Assembly (NCBI GenBank): GCA_040285825.1
Contig: JAUPSS010000010.1
Location: 554,604 to 618,603 of the forward strand
Direction of reading: 5' to 3'
Origin: Eukaryota sp. TZLM1-RC
Taxonomy: Eukaryota; Protista; Metamonada: BaSk clade
Length of the DNA stretch: 64,000 nucleotides
The notes below the pieces were generated by a model. That model searched no databases. It had not been told where the DNA came from and saw nothing but the letters and a program-made list of their open reading frames with translations. The translations under genes and the position numbers were made by a program. Positions 1-10,619 of the stretch are shown here, one piece after another (position 1 is the stretch's first letter; every line of letters starts with the position of its first letter).

Positions 1-790
1 CCAGATTTATGGCCTATTTTTAAATGACGACCAATGGACTACTGCAATAAGAATGCGTTGTTATTTGTGGCCTTGTAATTTGCCCAATGATTTGTTTTGC
101 AAATGTGGAGCTGGTTTGACATTATCACATTTATTCAATTGTAATAGATTTATTTTTATCGTTCTACTTTTGCATGATGCAGTCAGAGATCAAATCCATG
201 CAATGTGTAATTCCTATCATATTGAATCATTTGTAGAACCATTGTTGAGGTCTCTTGATATAAATGAAAACCTAAGAGATTCAGAATATGGAAAACGACG
301 TGCTGATGTTGTTGTGCCCTCATTTGATGATGTTTTGAATGTTGTTGATGTCGTAACAGTGGATATTTGCAAGAAAAATGCCTTGAGAATTGCACAATCC
401 GAAGTATCCCCCCTTGATGATTCAGAATTGTACAAACGAAAAAAATATGCAAATCCTTTGAAAGGATTGAAACATGTTCGCCATGTAGATTACCAAATTT
501 GCCCATTTGCTATATCGTTATATGGTCGTCTTGGAAATACTGCTATGAATTTTATTGATGATTTTGAAAATCTTGTAAAAAGAAGAATGAATAAGCGTTT
601 TGATCGTTGCTTGTGGCTAAATCGTATTGTTTTTACTATTTTCAAATCAATTCCTAAAATGATTTCGAAAGCTTTGATGTCTGTCAGTGCACATTACGAA
701 GAAATTGCTGTTGTGAGGTTTGATGGTGTGGAAGCTTGTTTTGAAGATATTGACTTTTAGACTGTAGTTTAACAATAAATTAAAATTATT
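1..790 (+). mobile_element. 3' end of RLE-type (CRE-like) non-LTR retrotransposon, subfamily A
   Basis: ORF 53..760 has a C-x-C...H-x3-C knuckle (CKC..HLFNC), HDAVRD, RLE motif RRAD..VVDV and K..KY. It ends EDIDF*, followed by a short 3' UTR with AATAAA. Confidence 0.85.
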
Positions 791-1350
791 TAAAAAAAAT
801 TTCTAATTCAGAAATTAATTGAAGTTCAGTACCAAGTTTAGCACTAATTTCGTTAAGATTTCTAGTTATTTCATCAACATTTCCTAACCAACATCCTAGA
901 AAACGAAAAGCTTCTTGTGAATAATTTGTAAAGGGAATTTTACAATTATTAATTTTGATCGCTTTGAAATTATTACCAATTAATAAACATTTTTTGGGAT
1001 TCAAGTGAAGACCAATAATTTCATATTGTTCAGCAATTTCATTTGAAGCTTTTTGAACAACATCAAATGGACCGATAAGGGAGATGTCATCCATGTAACC
1101 CACAATTTTGAGAGAAGGGTATTTTTCATTAATAGCAATCAAAGATTCTTGGATTGCTATGCAAAATAATAATGGGCCCAAAGGATCTCCTTGTTTTACA
1201 CCTGATGAAGACTTGAGAGAAAAAACATCATAAACTAATTCACTTGGTTTACCATAAAACAAATAGAAATAGCTTGATAGTTCAGGAAAATGTTTATGAA
1301 TTACTTCGTAAATTGCTTTTCTGTTTATACTATTAAAAGCATTGCTAAAA
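786..1350 (-). mobile_element. non-LTR reverse transcriptase fragment (CRE-like)
   Basis: FSNAFNS, GVKQGDPLGPLLF, YMDD, GLHLNPKK and FRFLG motifs; closely matches 30070-30420. Confidence 0.85.
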
Positions 1351-1415
1351 GCTTGTTTTGAAGATATTGACTTTTAGACTGTAGTTTAACAATAAATTAA
1401 AATTATCAAAAAAAA
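1349..1415 (+). repeat. ~60-bp copy of the subfamily A 3' terminus plus A-tail
   Basis: aagcttgttttgaagatattgacttttagactgtagtttaacaataaattaaaattat is identical to ~732-789 and is followed by an A run. Confidence 0.85.
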
Positions 1416-1439
1416 TAAATAAATCAAATTCCCCAGATT

Positions 1440-2466
1440 TTTTTTAAAAGTTTTGAAATTTATTTTGAACGCTAACAAAACATTAAACAAAAAAACTAGA
1501 ACTCAATATCCTCAATACACGCATCAACATCATCAAATCTTTTAAGCGCGCGATTTTCATACTCTAATCCTAATTGTAACAGTGCTTTGGTCAACATTTC
1601 TGGAATTGCTTTAAGAATACTAAAAACAATTCTATTGTGCCAGAAACTGAAGTTCAATTCTTTTCCTGCTCTTTCTTTTATTAAACTTCTGAAACCTTCG
1701 AGAAATTTAATGCCAGATATTCCAATGTTACCAAAAAGAGAAACAGCAAATGGAACCAGCTGATACTTGACATGCTCAACACATCCTAGCTGAGATAAGG
1801 GTTCATTGTACTTTTTGATTTTGCTCTTTTCAGCAAAGCAAAGTGGAGTTTCATCCTTTTTAGCAAAATCAATTGCTGAGTCTTTACAAACATCAACAGT
1901 GACAACATCAACAACTTTGATCACACCATCAGACCCAGGGGTAATTAAATCAGCACGGCGTTTCCCAAAAGTATTTTCGTCTTCATTTTCAGATGACAAC
2001 CTTCGCACAAGTGGTTCAACAAAAGCTTCAATGTGATGACTTTTGCACATAGCGTATAGTTGGTCTCTACAGCATCGTGAACAACTGAGCGATATGTAAT
2101 ATTAAATTTGCAATTAAATAAATGATTCTGATTGATGAGCTGACCACAACGACAAATCAAATCATTTGGCACACTACATAAGCACATAAAACACCTCATT
2201 CTGAAGGCAGTTGCCCATTGATGATCATTTAATAATAAACCATATACATTTGGAATCTGGGAAATGAGACAACTTGAGCTACTTTCCTTAAGATCAATTA
2301 AAAAGTTTGCAAAAACGGGATTCTTTTCTTTAGCCAAGCTGAGACGAACAGTGAAATCCAAGTTTTCAAAAACTTTTAATATCTTTTTCTGCAATTTAGC
2401 ATATGCAAATTTCAAGGAAATCAAACTCCTGGGTGGAATTTCTTGAATATCAGCAAAAAAGCATTT
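1440..2466 (-). mobile_element. 5'-truncated RLE-type non-LTR retrotransposon, subfamily B (frameshifted)
   Basis: ORFs 1945..2535 and 1496..2050 give CRC..HLFNC, HDAV and RRAD..VVDV, and end EDIEF*. Confidence 0.85.
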
Positions 2467-2517
2467 GGAAAAAAATATGCAAATCCTTTGAAAGAATTGA
2501 AACATCTCACCCTTTTT

Positions 2518-3366
2518 ATGCGGCTCAAGCTCCATTCTAGGTGGATTTGTGTCACATCTGTCCTATCTATAGCGTATTTGCTTGTACTTCTGTTCTGTCT
2601 TGCTAACGACAGTCTTCCTCTTACGACTAAACGTACTCTTGATTTTGAGAAGAAACTTCCACCTTATGTTTGCCATGCATTGGGAAAGATTGGTCCCTTG
2701 ACTGTTTCCAATACACTTGAAGGATTCCTTTTACACTATCACAATGGATGTCGTTTCTTTGAAGCCGATCTCCACCTTACATCAGATAACGAACTGGTCC
2801 TGTTTCACTGTAGCAGTTCAAAAAACACATCACACTTGAGTCAAGTGTTAGGCGTAGATCAAACTGGTACATACAAGCAGTTCATGTCTGCTCACATGGC
2901 AGGACTTACTCAGTTAGATTTGAAAGGTTTGGTCAGTTTAATGGTTAAGTATCCCGATTGGTTACTCATAACTGATGTCAAGGCTCCGCTCTCAGTCACT
3001 CTTCCCATGATTTGCAAGGAGTTGGAGAAGGCTGGTTTATCATGTACAAAGAGAGTTTTACCTCAATTGTACAACTTTGGTGATCTAGATGTAGCGAAAG
3101 CACTTGGTTTTAAACAAACAATTTTAACACTGTACAAGTTGACAGAACCTTCTGCTGAGGATATTCTAAATTTTGTTGAAAAAAACCCTGAAATAGTTGC
3201 AGTCACTTTCTTTCCAAATAGATACCCTCCACTTAAGGAAGGTCTTTCAAAACTTGGTATTAAGACATTTACTCATACAATAGATGATCCAAAAGAAGTG
3301 AAAAAGTACATGGAAGATGGTATTTATGGTGTATACACGAATGAATTGTGTTCAGTAAATAAGTGA
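2518..3366 (+). CDS. glycerophosphodiester phosphodiesterase (GDPD/PI-PLC-like superfamily) with N-terminal signal anchor
   Basis: CHALG..SNTLEGF..GCRFFEADLHLTSDNELVLFH, ITDVK, FTHTIDD and GIYGVYTN motifs; hydrophobic N-terminus. ATG at 2518 chosen because 2443-2505 is retroelement debris. Confidence 0.85.
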   Translation: MRLKLHSRWICVTSVLSIAYLLVLLFCLANDSLPLTTKRTLDFEKKLPPYVCHALGKIGPLTVSNTLEGFLLHYHNGCRFFEADLHLTSDNELVLFHCSSSKNTSHLSQVLGVDQTGTYKQFMSAHMAGLTQLDLKGLVSLMVKYPDWLLITDVKAPLSVTLPMICKELEKAGLSCTKRVLPQLYNFGDLDVAKALGFKQTILTLYKLTEPSAEDILNFVEKNPEIVAVTFFPNRYPPLKEGLSKLGIKTFTHTIDDPKEVKKYMEDGIYGVYTNELCSVNK

Positions 3367-3994
3367 TTTAAGTTTCAATCAAATGTGGTTGATTTTTCCA
3401 TTCACATTTGCTTTGTCAATTCGCAAATTCTATCACACTGTAGGTGCCTCAAAGTACTCCAGTCCTCCAGAAGTGCTTTAGAGAGTATGTATCAAAGACT
3501 AAAATAAATCAATTTTACCTTTACTTTCACTATTACTGTTAGTACTAAATTTATTTTGATGAGAGATGAAGCTCAAATCATTTGTCATGATATGCACTGA
3601 GCACAAAGTTAACCTAAAAAGCATGTTCTTTGTTTTCATTCAATTTAATAATTTTTTAACAAAGTGGACAATCTTAGTGGCAGTGGAATAGATTTGTCAC
3701 AATTTGTTATGAATTTCATTTTTATAAATGGCTTCAAATAACCTTTCATTTATTATGAAATCAGCAGTAATGCCTCAGGTAGAGCACTGATTTTGTTTCA
3801 TGTAGACTCTTTGTATTATCCTGATAACGATAGTGCCAACTTTTTGTCTGAATGTTTATTGGTTGATAAAGTGAGGTTCTGATGTACTGTTTTTGTCCAA
3901 CCTCACTATGAGGGAGTTGCATTTTGATGTTTTGTTAAGATAAAGATTGTGAAGATTGTCAGCCTTGTATTTCCTTTACCCTTTTTCGTACTGA

Positions 3995-4094
3995 TATGTT
4001 TATTAATCTATAAATCTATCTAAAATTCAATGTCCTCTATACACACATCACAATTACACATTCTACTTCCAGCATGTTCTTTATATTCTACAGT
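3995..4094 (-). mobile_element. short 3'-terminal fragment of an RLE non-LTR element (not in ORF track)
   Basis: Reverse complement translates VEYKEHAGSRMCNCDVCIEDIEF*, followed by atagattt..aataaa, like the ends at 1496 and 5228. Confidence 0.7.
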
Positions 4095-4309
4095 ATAATT
4101 TGAATAATAATTTAATCTCTTTGTTATTTTTGTTTCATCAGCATTTGTCAGGTTCTAAAATGTTAATATAGCTTTGACGTGGTTATTTGTTATTAATTAA
4201 AAACTTATTTGCCATTGAGTGATCGAAAAAAGTATCTATTCCATTTTCATACATCAATCCTGAAAATTTTTCATAAAGAAAAAATGATTGAGCTTAGTGT
4301 TTTGCTCTC

Positions 4310-5272
4310 CTTACCACTGACTTTTGCAAAATTGCAGAAAAAAATCTTGAAAGTTTTAGAAAACTTGGATTATATGGTACGTCTTAGCTTGGCTAAAGAA
4401 AAAAATCCCGTTTTTGCAAACTTTTTGATTGATCTTGAAGACAGTTGCTCAAGTTGCCTAATCTCGCAAATTCCCAACATTTATGGCCTTCTACTGAATG
4501 ATCACCAATGGACCACTGCAATGAGAATGAGATGTTTTCTATGGCCTTGTTCTTTACCAAATGATTTAATTTGTCGCTGCAAGAGTGTTGTTACGCTTTC
4601 CCATATTTTAAACTGTAAGTATTTTATAACTTATCGCTCAATTGTTCATGACTCAGTTCGTGATCAATTATATGCCATGTGCAAAAGTTTCAATATAGAG
4701 GCATTTATTGAGCCATTAGTACGTAAGCTGTCTTCAGATCAAACTGATGATTCCTTTGGTAAAAGAAGGGCAGATCTAGTAGCTCCAGGGATCGATGGTG
4801 TTCTCAATGTTGTAGATGTTGTCTCAGTTGATGTTTGCAAAAATTCTGCTGCTCGTTTAGTGTATTCCGCTGATTCGCCGTTATCTAACGCCGAAAAAAA
4901 GAAGATAAAAAAATATGAAGAACCTTTGGCACAGTTAGGTAGAGTGGAACATGTGAAAAATCAGTTTGTGCCGTTTGCAATTTCTCTTTTTGGCAATATT
5001 GGACCTTCAGGGTTGCACTTTTTTGAAAATTTCAAAAAAGTGTTACTAAATAGGTCTAGTAAAACAATGAATTCCACTTTCTGGTTAAATAGAATTGTTT
5101 TTTGCATTTTCAAGTCTATTCCAACAATGATATCAAAGGCACTTTTAGCTATTGGTGTAGAATATGAACGTAATGCTGTGAGTAGGTTTAGTAATAGTGA
5201 CGCTTGTTTGGAGGATATTGAATTCTAGATAGATTTTTTTTCTATCTCAATAAATATTCCAGTTAAAAAAAA
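4310..5272 (+). mobile_element. 5'-truncated RLE-type non-LTR retrotransposon, B-related variant
   Basis: ORF 4209..5228 has CRC..HILNC, HDSVRD, RRAD..VVDV and EDIEF*, then AATAAA and an A-tail at ~5266-5272. Confidence 0.85.
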
Positions 5273-5461
5273 GCTTAGTGTTGTTGTTGAAAAAAGCTCT
5301 TGGTTTTTAATTATCCTGACCTATTCTGATACATTAACTATACAACAGACTTAAAATTGGAAACCTTTCTATATTGCCTGAAGGCATATCTGCTGTATGT
5401 TAGATTAAATGTATTGTGAAATGGGATTAAAATAAAGATAATTCTATTTAAACTATACTAT

Positions 5462-5806
5462 TGATGCCGTTAGGCAGAAATACCAAAGAAGAAAAGACAA
5501 AGAAGAGCATTTATTAATAAAGATACCTGTTCTTGAACATGTGCCACGTCATCACGTGATATTCTGAAATGTTTACTAGCCTAGCTAATCAGCAACAACA
5601 ACACTACTTCTTCCCATTTTTCTTTCAACAATTTCGTAAACCATTTAGAATAATGAAGAGAGGGATTTGTGAAATACTGTGGCACGTGCTGGAGATGATT
5701 TACTTCGTACTTAACTTGAGAGGGGCAATCACGAGCTAGATGACATTTTTGATGACATTTGAAATACTCAGATGTCAACTAGCCTAGTTTATCAGCAACA
5801 ACAACA
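5462..5806 (-). mobile_element. 345-bp deleted LTR element: partial 5' LTR, gag zinc-knuckle scrap, PPT, complete 142-bp 3' LTR
   Basis: LTR 5462..5603 (TGTTGTTG..CGGCATCA), PPT aaaaatgggaagaagtag, FKCHQKCHLARDCP, LTR start repeated at ~5778..5806, 4-bp TSD CTAT at 5458-5461 and 5807-5810. Confidence 0.8.
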
Positions 5807-5903
5807 CTATTTTTTTTAAAAGTACTCACTAGTGAGATAACTACACTACCTTCTCCCGTTTTCTTAATTGTAACTAAGTCCTATTATATTACTTATAAAC
5901 AAT

Positions 5904-6731
5904 TGTTGTTGTCGAACTTAAATTGAATTAGTAGGTATCTTTGTATTTTGACTGATGACGTGATACTCGTTTATGAATCAGTTTTATTAATAAACTTAGA
6001 TTTCTCTCTCTCCTTCGTGTGTTCATCTGCCTAACGGCATCAATAATTATTGGCCCTTCTTATTTCAGATGACTGTTCCCTCTGTTAACCTGACGTCTCT
6101 TTCTTCCATGAAAGTTGAAAGTGTTCTTCTGTTCCTATAGGAGTGAAAGATTTATTCTTCGGTGACTCCTAAGAAAGAGCTTGTTCCAGCAAGACTCTTG
6201 GTCGATTCTTTTCTGTTAGAGTCCCTATCTCTCCAGAAATCGGACGTCTCATCCAGTGACGATGTTCTTCTAAGACATCTACAATCTGTCGTATCGTTCG
6301 TCACGTACGAAGATTTTAGTCTGGCTATGTCAGAACTGAAGCTTGATGTCCGTATTGGTGACGTCCGAGAACGCATGTCCTGTTACCTGCGACGTTTCCT
6401 CCAGGTAAAGAGTAGGGCTTCCGGACTGAAGTTGCCAGACATAGCTTTTCTGAACCGATTTGCCAGAGGAATTCTTCCCGTAGGTCTCCAACGTTCTCAT
6501 ACCAACGATGCACCGGGGTATTTAACAAACCCCATATCTTCCCTCTATTGAGCCAGTACTGTATTTGTCCTCAGAAAAATGGGAAAAAGTAGTGTTGTTG
6601 TCGAACTTAAATTGAATTAGTAGGTATCTTTGTATTTTGACTGATGACGTGATACTCGTTTATGAATCAGTTTTATTAATAAACTTAGATTTCTCTCTCT
6701 CCTTCGTGTGTTCATCTGCCTAACGGCATCA
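5904..6731 (+). mobile_element. 828-bp non-autonomous miniature LTR retrotransposon (TRIM-like)
   Basis: Identical 139-bp LTRs at 5904..6042 and 6593..6731 (TG..CA), TSD CAAT on both sides, PPT 6573-6592, putative gag remnant from ATG 6069 with two in-frame stops. Confidence 0.92.
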
Positions 6732-7785
6732 CAATCTGCCTAAAGCTGGTGGATTAGTGTACTTGAATAAATTTCCGGTTTCACAATTTGTTTCTGTTTT
6801 TCCTCAATATCAGTTTTATGTCAAACAATTTATCATAAGACATCACTCAATTGCCTCAACTGAATTCTCCTGAATAAGAACTTTTGAAAAGAAAATTCCA
6901 AAACATGCAAATTTTTGATGATTGAGATGATCGATGATTCATTCTGAACACTGTTAAATTCGCCTTCATTGCAACAACTGAGTTACACACCACTACAGCA
7001 TCATGCAATTGGGTTACCGTTTGATCTGGGTGATAATCTAGCACTGATAAACGAAAGATCAAACCTCTATTCTTGATCGATCCAGTGTCAAACACGAGAG
7101 CTTAAAGACACATAAAAACTTGGTGCCATCTCATTAACCCAGAAAAAGTGTGACCGCTAAAGTTCACCTGTTGCCTGGTTTTCGTATGGGACAACTTGCA
7201 AAGGTACAACATCGTAATTTATTAACTAAATTGTAATTGCTGTTAAATCAAAACATTAAAAACAAATTAAAAACAAATTTTCAATTGACCCTGCAGGTCT
7301 ATACCATTCAACCGTTTCTTCTTAAATAATAATTTTTTCTGTGTAAATAATTCTCAATGAACAATCCAGAACAAGATTCACCATTTTGCCGCAAATTTCT
7401 TTTAATACTCTTACTTATCGACTTAATTTTTTTTGTTTTTAAATATTAGGTAATTTGCATTAAAAATGTGCAAATGATATTTGCAGTTACTCATGATTGT
7501 AATTTTCATAAATGATTAGCAGGGGTGATTTGGTTTTGCAGTTGTTGTTGTTGTTCTTGGAACTAGCACTAAAACTTCCGTTTAAATCCATCTAAAGTTG
7601 AATAACATTGTATCGAATGCATCCTCAAATAAACTACAGCTTCAAAGGCTAACTAACATGTAAGACTACTCCATTGAACTATTATTTTCCTCTTCAAACA
7701 ATAGATTCAGCACTCAGCAGTTTCCAACCACTAGGTTCTGTGATAGTAAAAGGTAAAACGAAAACCAGATGAAATATTTATTTAT

Positions 7786-9272
7786 TTATTTTCTCATTAA
7801 ATTGTCTAATTGATCAATTGCCACAAAACGAAGTCTGTCAAGTGATACCCTCTCGTCAATCAAAGTGTCAATATCTTTTGTCAAAAATTCCGAAATCTTA
7901 TCAACAGTAGCTTCCAATTTACCTTGCCTAAACTCAAATAAATGTCGCTCATCTTCATTTTCCAAAGCATAAACAAATACATAAGACCATTTTAAATGCA
8001 ATCTTCCAGCTAATAGCACATCAATTGCATCATAAATAAAAGAGCAATCCTGCAAAAGAGCGTCTTCTTTTCTAAATAAATCATTAATTTTCTCCTTCAA
8101 GTCAATTTTAAGTTTACTCTCGTGTTCAAAACCCTGTGAGTGGATGATAAAGCGATCATGGCAATGGTGAAACCTTTTGAGCTGCATAGCTTCCTTGTTC
8201 ATTTTTCTTTTATCGTTTTCCGAGTCTTCCTTGAACTTACTGCACTTATAATGATCACCATGAGTCTTCCAATCCCCTGAACAAGCCCAGCAAAACTCGT
8301 AACGACATTGCGTACATGCTAGAATGAGTAAAGAAAAGAAAAACACATACACATATGGAGACAACCACCATTCTTCTCAATTAGCTTGCTACACTGAGGG
8401 CAAGGTTTAGTGTTGAGCTTCAACCAACTGCTTGTGTGTTTATCCAAAGCTCCTCTATCTTCCCACTGTTTAACATCACTGCACTCAGCCGGTCTATGAT
8501 CTTCAGCAAAACAGCACCTTGGACAAAACCGCAGCTCACAAGAAGGACAAGAGAGATAAGAAGGTGTGGGATCTCCCTTGAGGATGACGTGACCACATCC
8601 CTTTCCTGGGCAGAAAGTGTATTGTGAAGACCTAAAAACAAAATCATTTACGAGATAATAAATGTATTTTGATTGTAATTCACCCGATAGAAATGATAAA
8701 ACAAAATCTGGGTCGGCTATAAGTCCGCACTGTCCCATTAAAATACAAGGAATTTCTATAGAATTAGATGCATTAACCTGACTTTCAAGATAAGCAGCCC
8801 AACACTCCTCATCAGCACCATGTCCACAGTCTAGCATATAATAAGTTTCGCTAGTGGTGACGTGTGATGAGGTGGCAGTCAAGGGAAGTCCGCAGGCAAA
8901 ACATTCCTTGTTTGTAGGGGCTGTGGGGGGATTGTGGATAATGTTGGGATCAATAGAGATATGATCCAAAACTATACGAGTACCAAGTTCAGCAAACCTT
9001 TCGAGCAAGTTCTCCACGTCATAGGCGTAACGTAAGAGCAAGAGAAAGGAGAGAGAACGAGAGAAACCAGTGACCTCACAGGTGGTGGTGATGAGCTGGG
9101 AGATGCGGTCAAGGAGTTGGTCCTGAGAGAAGGATTCTTGGAAAAGTTTAGATGGTTGGGGTTGGAATTGAGAGGGTTGGGTCATAGGTTCATCATCGGT
9201 TCTGGACATTTCCTCGAATTCATCAAAGGACATGGGTTCAAATGAGGAAAAAAGGGGTTCCGACTCAAACAT
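7786..9272 (-). CDS. Ariadne-family RBR E3 ubiquitin ligase, copy 1 (intron 8319..8350; UBA-like segment to 9490 in another frame)
   Basis: RING1 (CFAC..CGH..CW), IBR (CPGKGC..CPSC..FCPRC..HRPAEC), RING2 TKPCPQC..IEKNGGCLHM/SCTQCRYEFCWAC and Ariadne domain (LKWSYVF, FEFRQGKLE). A GTATGT..CTAG intron joins the two ORFs in frame. Confidence 0.9.
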
Positions 9273-9623
9273 TGTTTGATTAGGTTCAGGGTCTGAAATT
9301 TGTATTCAATGTGTGGTTGTTTTACAGAAGGAAAAGACACTGGGAGTTCTGGTGGTTTTTGGCTCTGAATAGAATCAATGGCTCTCTCTAGTGAAGGATT
9401 AGACATGTTTGGCAGAATTTCAACAGAAAGATCTCTGTCATACCCCATACTTTGTATTTGACTTGCCAGAAAGTCAATAATGGAATCCATAGAGGGAAGT
9501 TTTGCGATTATAAATTTTAAGTTTCCAGTTTCTTCTGGGGTTTGCTTTTCTGTTGCATAAATGTAAATTGGCACTTCACACACTCTCAATATTTCACACT
9601 CTCATCACCTGTCCTTTCTCACC

Positions 9624-10152
9624 ATGCCTTATAAATTCGACTTCCTTCTTCTGGGCAGAAACCTTCGTTCTTGGAAAACCCATGCATCTGATGATACAAA
9701 GACACGTGCAGTGTATACGTGTCTTTTTTTGGGAGAATCCCAGGCCGCAATAGCACACTGTTTCATTTGCAGCCAGTCTACAATTAGTCGCTGGATACAG
9801 GAATACTTTGAGTTTTCCCGTCAAATCTGAAAAATATGATGAAACACAGTCAAACAACATCCAATCTAACATTCCCTCCAAAATTGTCGACTATAAATAT
9901 AAATTGTCGCTCTTGTTTCTCAAAGAGATTAAGTCTCTAATCTACTCCAACTTTCATACTACTATTTCAGTCTCCACTGTTCACCGGATTCTTGTTCAAG
10001 CTGGCTTTTCGCGAAAGCGAGTTCAGTCATCTGTACAAAGAGCAAAACTACAGATGGTGTTGAACTTTGAGAATTACCTATCCCGGAATATAGGTGTCAT
10101 TGATACAAAGCAAATAAACTTTGAAATTTTATGGTACAGTATAAAACATTGA
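9624..10152 (+). pseudogene. IS630/Tc1-mariner transposase N-terminal (HTH) remnant
   Basis: HTH-like SQAAIAHCF.CSQSTISRW and LFLKEI..TISVSTVHRILVQAGFSRKR; frameshifted, no DDE domain. Confidence 0.7.
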
Positions 10153-10619
10153 TGAACAACTAAACTAGAGACTAATTTACAGAAGGATCTTCATCCATAT
10201 GGGAGTCAGGAGCATCCTCGACTCTTGCAAAGTTCCGTTCTACAGCATCATTGATGAAGGCTACGGAAGCAGGTCTGTTTCTTACAGAGTCAATGAAGTT
10301 GTCCAACTCTCGGTACAGTTGGTTTTATAGGATATATATAGGATGCAAAGCTGTATTGAGGCGAGTCGCTTCTGCACTATAAGAAGCAAAGAGAAGTTGA
10401 GAGAGGCTGTTGTATTCGATGTCTAAAACATCAGAGTAGTAGACGGTAAGAGTCTTTGCTGAGAAGTCCCTTCCTCCTTTGTAAGTGTAGTAAACTACAT
10501 CAGTTTTAAAGGAAGAACTGTCAGGAAACTCTTCGAGTGAAAGCATGAAATCAAGAGTGTGAAAAAATTGTTAGACCACAAATTTACGAAAATGTTATAC
10601 GTGTGCAAATTTGTGTTAT

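Noticed and set aside
2443-2517. Retrotransposon-GDPD fusion protein
   Set aside because: The extension starts at a TTG within TE debris; the ATG at 2518 gives a clean signal anchor.
5279-5390. Possible solo LTR starting TGTTGTTGTTG and ending near TGCCTGAAGGCA
   Set aside because: No clear terminal CA or TSD could be identified.
10170-10546. Minus-strand ORF remnant (MLSLEEFPD..), also at 45181
   Set aside because: Internal stop in both copies and no recognisable motif; cannot assign.
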